Origin: Bigelowiella natans CCMP2755 | Lineage: Eukaryota; Protista; Cercozoa | Direction: 5' to 3' | DNA: 64,000 bases | Assembly: GCA_000320545.1 (NCBI GenBank) | Contig: ADNK01000977.1 | Coordinates: 18,051-82,050 of the forward strand | Shown: piece by piece, positions 50,689-63,763 of the stretch | Position numbering within the stretch: the stretch's first letter is position 1 | Layout of the letters: each line of letters opens with the position of its first letter | Made by a program: the position numbers and the translations under genes | The notes under the pieces: model-generated | Databases searched by the model: none | What the model saw: only the letters and a program-made list of their open reading frames with translations | Told to the model about the DNA's origin: nothing

Positions 50689-51276
50689 CTATGAGTAGAA
50701 AAACAGGCAGATTTCGCCCTTGAGACAGCCAATTTAGACTTGTCGTATTATAAAGATCACCAATATTTTCAGTAAGTTCTAAAGTGTTCTGAAATTTCTT
50801 TTCTACGACATACCAATCCACGCCGAAAGGAGAGGAAACTCAGGAAGTTTTCAAACTCTCCTCGTTGATCAAGCTAAAAAGTCGACGGCAATTTTTCCCA
50901 TGCGACAAGCCCTCGGTTTGTTATCTGTCCGTGATTTCTGCCACGGTGCTCGTGTGCTCCTGGCATTCGTAGATTTTTTAGAACGTAAAACTGCATGTAA
51001 TTTCCCAGTGCGACAACCATGAATACCTGTCGTACGATGTTAGTTCAAAGCGGATGAATTCCCGAGAATTGTTCGGGTTATTAGTAACTTCCTGCCTCCC
51101 CTTGTCAGAGAAGCCCTACGAACGTCAGGGTCGAGGCCATGTGGCATAGGACAGAGGGAAGGATATTCCACCAAGTCTGATGTCGATAATATAGTGAATG
51201 GAACTCGTGACTTATGAAGGGATGTAGCAGTATTCTGTGAATCCTCCCAACTACAACCGTTGACAGAGAGAGGTGC

Positions 51277-52038
51277 ATGCCTCCATACATGCCGAGGTGG
51301 AGGAGGCGTCTTCGCCTAGTCGCCGTAGTGACACAGCTGCTTCTGCTTGCCTGCTATCACAAGTTCCAGTTGTTCCATAGGGAGCAGAATTTGCATAGTA
51401 GCATGGAACTTGCTGTCGCCCGTACGCCGCCAGAGAAACAGCATAAGGTACGTCATCGTCGGCAAGGTCAATTCATGCCTCCTGGTGCTTAGTACAATGT
51501 ATCTTATCATTTCCAGGTCGAGAAATGGGAGCCAACATATCGTCATCGTGGCAGTAAGATATTGCTCGCACAACTTCCATTCAGAAGCTCATCTGGGCTA
51601 TTCATGCGACTCCGTGGGGGCGGGGGCAACAACGACGGAAAGACGCTGAGGCCATCATCATCACCGCCAGCTTTGAAACAAGATTTTACGAGCAATTCTT
51701 GTCAGAATGGCAAGGCCATAAGTCGAGAAGAATTAATCTCGGATAAGGAGAAGGAAGAGGTAAATACTTCTCCCTACTCCTCCCCATAAAAAGCTTCTCA
51801 GTCCTTAACTTACATTGCTGTACTCTCCCCTATTTTAGGAGGAGCTTTGGGCAGTGACGACGTTGGTTGGAGGAAATCCCCAACCAGACCATCTTGATGG
51901 ACCATGCAGGTAGTGATGCTGGTGGTGGTATTAATACTTCTGTAGCAGTATTTGCTGGTGAGTAGCAAATGAAGAAGAAGTGAATGAAGAAAAAAACAAA
52001 GAGCTCGCGACGACTCCTCTCTTGTTCTCACCATGCAA

Positions 52039-52096
<58 letters not shown>

Positions 52097-52326
52097 CGCA
52101 TACACGCACGCACGCACACACACAGGCACATTTCTAACCCTTCTCCTCGTCCACAGCTCAGCGGCCTTCCGTAATCCTGAGGCAATTTGCTACGTCCCCC
52201 ATTCAAGAACCCTCTTCGTTGCAGAGCCAAACAACTATAACGTGCGCGTAATAGACCCCAATGGGAATGTGAATACGATGATCAATCCTTCGATTGATGT
52301 GCCCTTCAGTAGGGAATCCCGGTAGT

Positions 52327-52371
<45 letters not shown>

Positions 52372-53000
52372 TACGCACAACACACGCACAACACACGCGC
52401 AACCACTTTATGTGTATGTGTATGCATATACATATATACATATAATATGTGTGTGTGTGTGTGTGTTTTGCCCTGTTATACCATCTTCTTCTTACTCGTC
52501 ATCATCTTCTTCTTCTTAATCATCATCGTCATCAACATTTATCATCATAAATTCCCAGGAGGGTGATTCCTTACGGAGTGAAATGCTCTTCAAGACAGGT
52601 GGTCTTCGTCGTCTTCGTGATAGTCACCTCACTTTGCACGTGGAGAGCTCAGATCATGAGAACAATTATCTCGAGTCACTAATGCCAATGCAATTGCATT
52701 GCCATTGTTCAACGCATTCATCATCCTCTCTCCATCCGTCTATCCCCCCCCCTCCCCCCCCATTTCTCCATCACTTCCTGCGCAGAATTGCCTCTACATA
52801 GCAAACGTGATGGATCACAACGTTGTGAAGGTATTGATGATATACCGTAAAATGAGAAGGCAGTTTAGAGAAATTGAGGGGTGGGGGGGGCAATGTATGG
52901 GTAATACGTGTAATCTTGTTCAAATTGCGGTTTATGTCTGCGCATCTTATCGCAGGGTAAGAGTGACGACAACAGGTGCTTTGTGATCAACACACACACA

Positions 53001-53044
<44 letters not shown>

Positions 53045-53152
53045 TCAGATTGATGGATCTGCAGGCGTCGAGCTCTATGCGGGTAGGGCAATAAGAAATC
53101 AGCCATGATCTTGATGACGAGGATGATGACGATGATGATGATGATGATGATA

Positions 53153-53191
<39 letters not shown>

Positions 53192-53398
53192 TGGTCCGAA
53201 ACAACCCCCCCAAGGGCATCGCGGGACAAAGCTATTTTTGGGGGGTGTATTGAGTTTCCCTGTAAGGGATCTGTGTTTTTTGTGTAAAACACCCCCCCCC
53301 CCCCCCACACCTCTAAGCACGTGTTTGCATGCACTACACACCAAAGGCCGTGGGTTGTTAGGAAACGACGATGGATATAGGCTCGAGGTATTATTATA

Positions 53399-53436
<38 letters not shown>

Positions 53437-53463
53437 GGACACATATCGTCTGCCTGCATTTTA

Positions 53464-53508
<45 letters not shown>

Positions 53509-54685
53509 ATTTGTATTCTATGGTTAGAGTCGATTCTCATATCCTCGTTTCTTGGGGTTGGATGGCAATGACAACCTATATGTTGGTGATGCCTTTCTCG
53601 ATTCTGTGAGGAAGATCAGCACCGATGGTACTTGGTCCTTATGCTTCTCATTGTAGTAGAAGGAATCATAAAACGCATTTCGTAGACAAAATACTCAGAA
53701 GATGTTTTCATAACTTACATGGTCTCTACCCTACCCCCCACACTCGCTATTAAGATAGTATAGATGACAATATCAGCAAACACTGATAGTGCCTTTGCCA
53801 TTTCGTGTGACGGACTCAGAAGTCATTATTATGAACCAATCGCCTGATTTTAAATGAGAATTCTTGTTCCAATATCTGAATAACATACGATTCGCTACGA
53901 GAAGGTTTTGTATCGACTCTAAGGACCCCGAGAGAGACTGCAAAGAAGGTTATTCTCAAGGCCGTCGTCAGTCTTAGCGCTGTCAGTCCTCCTAAATTCA
54001 GATGGTTTTTGCTTTTATGGCACGGCTCTTGGCCGGCGATTGATAAGTCCTTCACGTCCAGTGTTACTTACAACTATGTATTTGCTTGTGTTGTCTCGAA
54101 TACACTTGCTTCGTAGGGTGATTTCTGTCTGGATCACTACGGAGGTGTGTGTAGAGGGTTGGAGGATGGTGGGGGGGGGGGGGGGGGGGGAAGCATCTAC
54201 CGATGATTTACAAAGCAAAATACTGATATTTCAACGCATGATTACGTATGTGTTACACGTCGTTGGTATTGTACTCTTCTTGTCATTAGGAATGGCTGTA
54301 TCTGCGAGTGGGACTGTTTACCTGTCTACGTGAGTGTGTGCGTTGTGTGAGGGGAGATTTCGCATATAGAGCCTTCTTCGGTTGTGTTTGCATATTGCTG
54401 CAATTATAATTCATGCGGGTTAAACAAGAATGTGTTTATCTACTTTTGGTGTGTCTGTCTGTCTCTGTGTGTGCGTGTGTGTGTGCGTGTGTGTGTGTTG
54501 TGTGTGGTTAATATATCGTAAACATCATCATCAACAACATACCCACCTTTGCAGGAGGCAGTTTGACCATCGTATCTATAGACAACGTCCAAACGGTAGG
54601 AGGAAGAAGAAGAAAGGCGCATTGTAGCATATAAGCCTGCTGCACGATAACATTCGAACACATCATGAATGCTATCATCATCGCC

Positions 54686-54722
<37 letters not shown>

Positions 54723-56104
54723 CTCTTCCCTCACCATCAACGGCTATCGTCTATATACTCAAACAATCACAGGCGAAATCACAGTGATTGCTGGCAGCGG
54801 TAACTGTGGTTATCGGGATGGTGCCGCCTCTCAAGCACTGTTTGATCAGCCGCATGGCCTCAGCCTCGCGCCCAATGTATGCACACACGGCACAACACAA
54901 CACAGCTCAACGAAGTGCGACAGCATCGCCTCTTGTTCTTTGTTTCTTAAAAAAAGAAGAAATTAAAGAAGGGAATACTTCTGGCAGAAGATACGAGTTA
55001 TCATACGATTCACGTATATCGTGGGCATGCATGCGGAACCCCCCCCTCCTGCTTGCGAGAAGTAGTTATTAGTAGACAAAGAGAGTGGGCTGGCTACTTC
55101 TCCCGACAGAAGATGCTCATATTCTTATTATTCATGCACACCATAATGACCTCATAAAAATACTAGTATGGTGCAATATTTTTCTCTAAATGTGATGATA
55201 CATTAAACTGAGAATGTTACATCTCTCTGTCTCTCTCTCTCTCGGTCTATCTCTCTGTCTGTCTGCCTGTCTGTCTGTGTGTTTGTGTGTTCTCTCTCCC
55301 TTTCTACTAACACGAACAACTGAAGGGGGACATATGGGTTGCAGACCGTATGAATTTCGCAGTGCGACGTATTAGCCTAGCCAACCAGTAAGTGGAAGAA
55401 TGGAACAGAGAGAAAGGGAGAGGGGGGGGGGGAGGGGAGTCACTCACCAAGAAACTGTCACCATCCTGCACATATTTGATAGATTTCGCCTCACAACGCG
55501 AAGAAACCAGGCTTTTGTTGCTGTTATATTCTTACTTTACTGTTTTCTGTTGTTATTGTTGTTGTTGTAGTTGTTGTTGTTGTTGTTATTACTGATGATG
55601 ATGCTCAATGCTGCTGCTGCTGCTGCTATGGATTGATGTTTCAGAGAAGTAACCACGGTAGCAGGGACAGGGAGGTGGGGCTATCAAGATGGGCTGGCAC
55701 GAGTCTCTTCTTTCTCCGAACTACATGTACGTATGTGCGGCGGATATTGGGAGAGATCATTTCCATCATTTTCGTCAAAATCTACTTTCTTTCGAACAAA
55801 CTCGTCTCTGCAACCGAGGAAGTGGTGAATGGTGCCCTGCCGCGGAAGCGAAGTATATCATTATCTTTCTTGTGCGGCCGGAAATCATCATCGGCGTTTC
55901 AGTATATGCTCTTTGTCCAAAGGAAAATCCCAGGGATTGTTTGGTGAAAGTGAACGTATCGCTGAACTCACCATTTTCTTCTTGTTCTCCTTGTCCCTTT
56001 TAAAACACTGCAGGACGTATCTGTCGATGAAACCGGAGATCATATGTGATGATGGCAGCGATCGAATATTTTGCATAAATATGCTATATGGATGATATGA
56101 TCCC

Positions 56105-56156
<52 letters not shown>

Positions 56157-56603
56157 AATATATATATATATTAAAATTGTGGAAATGTTCTTTTCACAGA
56201 TACGTGTGCGACACTGATTCAAACCCCATTAGAAGAATCTCTCGAATATCCCCTGCGCAGGTTGTGCTAATACTTCGCCTATAAATACCATACCCTGGCA
56301 GAGGAGGGAACGACAGAAAGGGGGGGGGGGGGGGGGGGTGATTGGAACGATTCGTTACTCTTGAGTTGTCTTCTTTAGCTCCGAAACAAAATGCAAGAAT
56401 CAGCAGTGAATATAGCTGATGAAAGAGCTCATTATCCTCCTCTAACACAACCAGAAACATCTGCACACCTCCACGGTGACGCCGCCCCCCACCCCCGCAC
56501 CATCGGCACCGCAGAAATCACTCAACTACTCATGGGTGGAGGTAACGACACCGTCTTCTCACCGTCCAGAAGTGTCATTATTGTGTGTTTTCTACACACA
56601 CAC

Positions 56604-56658
<55 letters not shown>

Positions 56659-56990
56659 ATAGGATTTTTCGGAATTAAAAAAACAAATCCATCGATGCGG
56701 CGAGATGTTTCTAATATTTTGATATGAAATGCCAGCTGTTGTTCTTCTTGTTGTTGTTGTCGTGGGAGGATTTGTAGTGTACCTGTCACGCGTAAAACAA
56801 AACAAGCGTGTAATGCTGATTGATCTCTCGTGTTCTGACTGCGACAGACATACGAAGAAAGAAGCTCTCGAGAGCTGCTGGAACATCTTCAAGTAGTACT
56901 ACTGCAATGATGATGACTTTGCTTGTTACTAACTAAGAGTGTGTGAAACTGCGTATCTTTCACTGTCTTACACACACAACCGCACACACG

Positions 56991-57043
<53 letters not shown>

Positions 57044-57235
57044 AATATACAGGTTGATCTACTGCACAGCTCCGAGCGCTTAAAGGAGATGATGCGCAAA
57101 AAGGCGAATTTGACAAAGCAGCAGAGCGATATGTACTTTCCTTTGCAGAAGCAGCAGCCCCAAAATCGTATTCCAATCACGATGGGTAGACCAACATTGA
57201 TGTTGTTGTTTAGCTTTGACTCATTCTTGCACATC

Positions 57236-57272
<37 letters not shown>

Positions 57273-57682
57273 GCTTTTCACTCTTCTATTCCACGCGTAC
57301 ACAATTCTCACGTCCTACCTTCTCTCCCCCCCCCCCTCTTCTCTCCTTATAGACGCTCCGGAGGGTGGGGTGGTTGATGCCGATGATTACATGTACAAGA
57401 ACATCGAGAGGGGGACATGTAATGGAATTAAGCAGCGTCCACCTGAAAGGAAAGCAACGGATACTGATAAAGACTCAGAGGAGGGGGGAGAGGACGATGA
57501 AAAGCCGCTGAAGAACCAACAGGCGAAGAATTTTCACCACTCCTCCAAGTTTCCTATCTCTCCACCGCAATCTACATCTGATGGAGAAGGGGAGGGGAAG
57601 TCGAAATCAACGATTCTGCTGTAATAATATGATCATGCTCAGCATACCTACTACTTCATGCCCGCGTGGCTTCCATTGTTTT

Positions 57683-57756
<74 letters not shown>

Positions 57757-58759
57757 TAATAACATAGGCGAAGAGCAAAAGAAGGTTGCTACTTCGAGAG
57801 AAAGGAAGAGTTTGCAGACGAATTGCCGGCTACAAGCCCAAAGATGCTTAAAGTTGAAAAGGCTCTAAACAACATCATCCTCACTACTCCTCCTCCAGAT
57901 GGTGCTGATGCTACTACTACTAACGCTACTACTACTACTACTCACGGTGCAAAGAACTTGCTTTTGCCTCGAAACAACATAGGAGGGGGAGGAGGAGGAG
58001 GAGGAGGAGGAGGAGGAGGAGGTCCTTCGTTTGAGCAGATCGCTGAGCTAGCACGGAATGCGAAGGAAGTTGAAGACGAGAAATCAACACAGGGGGGGGG
58101 GGGGAGACTCCCGGGGTGACGATGATTCTATGGAAGATGTGGGGAGCAGGAAGGTGCAGGAGGAGAAGGCAGCGGCGTTGAGGGCTGCTGATATAATACA
58201 GAAGCTAACACGCCTTCGCAATACAACCGCATATGACCTACGTCAGGAATCCGATGCGGTGAGGATGATCAACCTCACACTCCATCGTGAGGGCAATCCA
58301 CAACTCGCTGCAAAAATGGTAGCAGCCGTGAGGATGAGCAGAAGACGCGCCGTCGGTAGGAGGACGCCCATGGAAGTAGACGGTGTGCAAGAGGAGGAGG
58401 GGGGGGAGGAGGGGGATGCTGATGATGGTGATGGTGAGAGGGACGGCGAAGGCATTGAAAGGTTGTTTTGCATATATCGTATATGAATACGCATAACACG
58501 CATCATCAATATGTTTTATGATGCTGTATATGTGTATATGAGTGGTGTGTGTGTGTGTGTGTGTGTGTGTGTGCATGGAAACTTGATAATACCGAGAGCG
58601 AAGCGAAAACAGCACGCTTTTCGCCCTCCAAAAGTAGTCGCAGCAGCCGTGCAATATGATGAGACAACAAACGATTTTCTGCTGTTTCCCGCAACACATT
58701 GTTGTTACCTGGGATGGGTATTTGATCAGTATATTAATATATATCAATATAATATGTAT

Positions 58760-58800
<41 letters not shown>

Positions 58801-59496
58801 AGTGTTGGTACTCCGTGGAAAATAGATCCTACAAAGCAGCATGAAGATGATGATATCATCGACGATTCTGAGTCCAGCGACAACGCATATAGCACCTCTC
58901 CACGAATGATGAAGTTTCAAAGGAAACAGCGATTGCCAATGACGGCGACGACGACTCGGTAGAAGGGAAGAGGAAAAGGGGGGGGGGAAGAGACAACGAC
59001 GAAAAATAAGAGGATGATAATGATGATGATGATGATGATGATGATGATATTGATAGTCTTTTCTGAGTGTCTAGTGGTGCGGAAACGTCGTTCGTTTTAT
59101 ATTTACTGCAAACAACGGCCATGAGATCGATCACAACGCTGAGAGATGCTTCGTATCTTCTGCAATTTGCGAGTCGAAACTGTGCTTTCCCACGTCTCTA
59201 CGAAGAAGATGAGAATTGTCGTGTTGCCTCCGCAAGAAGACGTTGACTCGAATAACACACTAAACAGCGCCGCCAAGACATCGTGCAGCTCTGCGGACAA
59301 TCAAGATGATTTTACCCAGAATAAGCAACGGAGATTTCTTGATGAAGAGGAGGAGGAGAAGGAGGTGTCATCGTCACTGCAAAAGCTTTTGGATGATCAA
59401 AATGATCCCTACAATACTAGCACATATACCTCGGATGAGGACGAAATGCGGTGTGTAAGAAGGAGGAGGAAGAGGAGGAGGAGCGTATCAGTAGAC

Positions 59497-59533
<37 letters not shown>

Positions 59534-61406
59534 CAATATCTTTGTAGGGTTTCAAGACCTAGTACCACAACAATACACATGTATAGACATGTATGGCCAC
59601 GTTGTTTTCCTCACAAATTACACGCAATTCTCCAATAGACGACGAATAGCTGCGGGGCCTGACTGGAGGCACAAATCCCACACGACTGTCCTGGATCGAT
59701 TCTTGGTGATCCATCAAAAAGCGCAAAACAAGGGCACGAGCGCAACAACGCGGAATATTTTTATGAAACTTAGATTTGCGAGTAATGTCGATATGATGAT
59801 TCAAAGTCATTTTGTTGTGCACCGTGGCATAGTTCCTTTGGTGTTGAAAATTGTGTTTTAATCTATGAATTTCTATACCTGCAGAAAGATGAGACCGACC
59901 CTGAGGCTCGGACGCGAAAGGCGTGGTTTAAATCAAACAAGGAGCTTCCCATGATCCACGGATACCCAAGGCAACAAATCTATGCTGATGATAACAGAAT
60001 GATGATGATGGTGATGATGTTGTTGTTGGCGATGAGATGCGAATGAGAAATGGCGAAGAAGAAGAAGAAAAGGAGGAGGAGGAAGAGAAGGAGGAAGATG
60101 GTTGCAACGGGGGAAATAATTGAAATGTTTCGTAATAACATCGTTCAGCGAGGTCAAGATAGTGAGCGGATATAAGGAAGGTCAAATATGTCAGAATATA
60201 CAATTGATGCATGATGCTGTCTACTGTATCCTCCGTGAAACGTATAAACAATAAAGGCGTCAATGAAAGTACTATTTTCCTTCTCCCTCCTCTTCTTCAT
60301 CTCCTCTTATTTCTCTTCTTCTCTTCCTTCTTCTTCTCACCATTTCTTCATTATGCTTCTACCGGAAGGCTACCATCAATTCGGTGCGGAATACACGTAC
60401 AACAGCAGCCGCAAACATGCCGATGATCGAGCAATACAGCAGCAGCACAGTGAAGAGGAGGGTGAAGGACCACACCGTAAGGAGGAGAAGGAGCAAGACA
60501 ATTTAAGAAAGCTACTCCCCCAAAATACTCTCCCACAATCATCTTCTCGCAAGAGAAATGAATACGGACGATTGTCTTCTTCTTCTCCCCCTATGCAAAA
60601 GCAGCAGCTATTGCAGGTGATCATGTCTGTACTGCTTTGCAGTTGTGAAGATTCATGGTTCCTGTATGCGCCCCCCAAATATTTTGTGATTCTTGTGCTG
60701 CGACACGATCGGTCATGTTGATAGAAGAAAGAATTGTCACTTCATTCCTTCCATTCGGTTCCGTTCAGTGAATATATGTTGCGCATTTTGTTGTGTGATC
60801 GAAGAAACAGAATAGGAGTCCTCGTGGCCAGTTCCCCCCCCCCATCATGGCCGAATACCGTAACGTTGCTCACGATAGCGAAAACATCTTTGAAGCCGTA
60901 TCGATCAGCGGTAGTGACGATGAGGTGCAAGGGCCCATTGACAATGAGGATAGCGCCAATTCTGGATGCGATTTTACCATTTCCGAGGAGGAGCAAGAAC
61001 GATTTAACTTCCCATCATGGTTGGCAGGACTTACTCTCAGCGAGAGAGAACTCATGACAGAATTCCTGCAGGTGGTGTTGCACCTTTCAAAGCTCGTTTT
61101 TTCACTGATGATACCGTGCTTGGAGAAGAATTGATTCTTGTTCGATTACAGATCCTCGAGAGGCAGAGATTACTTGTGATTTGAAAATATATCGGAAATC
61201 CAGTGGGTTTATTCACCATGTTTTTTGCGTAGGGAGAGGTACCAACACTGAAAGATCTGAGCAATCTGAGTCGCGAGATGCTAATAGAAGATCTAGGGTC
61301 TTCTGCTACGGTTGAAAGCTTGTGGGGACGAATTCAAGAGGTTGTTGCTGAAAGAAAGCGCAGGAAGAAGTTTCTACGGTACTATAACAACAGAATGTTC
61401 GACTGA
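51277..61406 (+). CDS. Multi-exon protein: signal peptide + presequence ending MRLRGG, NHL-repeat beta-propeller, long low-complexity region, C-terminal SAM-like domain with basic NLS-like tail
   Basis: NHL blades: 'AAFRNPEAICYVPHSRTLFVAEPNNYNVRVID', 'LYIANVMDHNVVK', 'RFSYPRFLGLDGNDNLYVGDAFLDSVRKIS', 'ITVIAGSGNCGYRDGAASQALFDQPHGLSLAPN|GDIWVADRMNFAVRRIS', 'VTTVAGTGRWGYQDG..DVSVDETGDHIYVCDTDSNPIRRIS'. The C-terminus is 'FPSWLAGLTL..LKDLSNLSREMLIEDLG..VESLWGRIQEVVAERKRRKKF..*' (stop 61404-61406). Continuity through 56.4-60.8 kb is inferred. Confidence 0.72.
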
Positions 61407-62418
61407 TTCAATTATTATATCGCTTATTCTTCGCGTACAAATTCAGAATGTGCATAACCTTCTTTCCATATATCAATAAGCTTTTGCTATGTATTGTTCA
61501 TGATGCACGCGTTTCAGTGTGTCTACATCTCGCTACTGCGCGCGTTTAATCTTCTAAAAAATATGAATCACTGGCACACGGACGCAGCGCCCCATCGCAT
61601 CTGCTGCCGCCCTGCGCTCCACTAGGCTCAGGCTAGCAGGCTAGCAGGCCGCCTGATCAAGATCACATGTCCAACGCACGCATGCAAGGATACGTGAATT
61701 GTGCGCGGCATTAGCCACGCGACGCGTATCCAGCGTCAGTACGAACAAAACAGACATAAATATACATATATATGGTCGGCATCACCACAGATGGACACGC
61801 CGTTCCCGACGACAAAGCTAGGAAGGACTGGAACATTCATGCGATCGATGCCGCACGTGCGCGCATTCACAGCTAATTTGGAGTGATTGTTCTTTACTGA
61901 ATGAAACAAATCGAAACAGTTCAAAATGCATCATGACAAGACACGGGATGCCTTAGTGGACGTTCTGCACAAATCGGCCGCAACGTCGCTTCCGGGGGTT
62001 CGGAAGGGAGGAGGATTCCCTTTTCCCGCGCTTTTTTCATCGAAAAAAATCATTGCGGAGAAACCACAAAATAAAGGCAATTTTGCTTCTACGACATCTC
62101 TCAACATAAATCGCAGGGTAAAATCATTGGTGCTGACACCAAGAAGAATCCTTGTCGCAAGATGAAAATACCATGCATTCTTCGCAGTTTCGGATATTAC
62201 TACGACGTGCAAGACTTTTCCTCTCAGCGGCACGCCTCCCCTCCCCCCAATGCGGTAGCGTGGAGCTAGTTGGTGTACGAATCAAAAAGTTTGGCGCCTT
62301 GTTTCACCAGGTTGTTCTAATTTGTTGTTGTCCAGTTTCAAAGAGGTGGCTGATTGATTGATTGATATACGGTGGTGACGGACGCAGGGTTGCTGCTGCA
62401 TAGGTTGTTGCATAAATA

Positions 62419-63705
62419 ATGCCTCGAGAATTAATCACAATCCAAATCGGTCAGTGCGGCATCCAGGTGAGAGATACATACCTCACTGTATTTCTTCAAG
62501 TTGCCCCCTTTTGAACTACTACTCACGAGGGTGGATTTCGCGTGCTTCTGTTTCTTCTCCTCCTCTCTTCCTCCTTTCTAAGCTTGGATCGCGCTTCTGG
62601 GACCTTGCTTTGAAGGAGCACGCTGTCTACACCAAGCGTCCCATATATGACGATGCACTGAGTAGGTCAGGCAATCTTATTCTTAAAGTTCGTTTGCTAG
62701 TCCTTTTTCTTACTTCTTCGCGGCTGAGTGTCGTTTGAATTGTGTTGATTTCTTCCTCTATCCTTTCGAATAAAAGCTTTTTCCGAAACGTAACTGAGGG
62801 AAAGAACCCTGTCGAGCTAGGCGTTGGCAACGGTCGAGGAAAAATCCGATCGTTGAAGGTTTGCCCCCAATAGTAACCCAGTATATTGCTCTTATTGCTC
62901 TTCTCGTCCTTGTAATAATGCACACGGGTAGCTGGTGAAACACATGACACGATGAATCGCAACATGGAGCCGAAGAAACGTTTTAGCAGTTTAGCTCCCC
63001 CTCCCGCCTTATTTTATACACTCAAACAACTGTTTTGCTCATAATATCCTGTCGTCTACGTTGCTGTTGACGCTTCCGCGTGCCTCTCTCCCCCCCCCCT
63101 CTCCCCCCCCTCTCTCTCAACAGGCACGCTCCATCCTTGTTGATATGGAGGAGGGAGTTATCAACCAGATACTGCGAAGTCCACTTGGAGAGTTATTTGA
63201 TGAGCACCAGCTTATTCGGGACAACTCTGGCTCAGGAAATAACTGGGCACGCGGTCATTGTGAATATGGCAGCAAGTATGCGGAGAATGTCGTGGTACGA
63301 ATCTGGTCGATAAGAGGGGGGGGAGGGGTTGACAAATCTAGTTGTCGTCATCCTGGATGAGAAGCTCTATTTTTCATATAGTCATCATTATTATTTTCTT
63401 GTTTGTTGGCTTATTTATTATTATGTGCTTTTGCTATGAAGGAATCGGTGCGAAGAACAGCAGAGACCTGTGATTCCCTCCAATCCTTCTTCTTGATCCA
63501 TTCGCTTGGGGGGGGGACAGGCTCGGGACTGGGGACCTATATACTCTCAAAACTTGCCGATGAGGTGAGGAGATTGCTTTTCATTGGGATGAACTTTGCC
63601 CCATAAATGATCAATTATTTCGATAACATCGGTTTCTCGTTCTTTAAGAGATCCTTTTGTAACTAATGTGCGTATGTATGCTTTTGAGCCTCCCCCCCCC
63701 CCCCC

Positions 63706-63763
<58 letters not shown>

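Noticed and set aside
1371-60000. Hundreds of short ORFs with VCVCVC, HTHTHT, LSLSLS, YIYIYI or poly-H/I/M/D runs
   Set aside because: They are translations of intronic microsatellites, which contain no stop codons; they are not genes.
62449-62466. GQCGIQ in place of the usual GQCGNQ in epsilon-tubulin
   Set aside because: A single substitution; a hydrophobic residue occurs at this position in alpha-tubulins, so it is not evidence of altered function.
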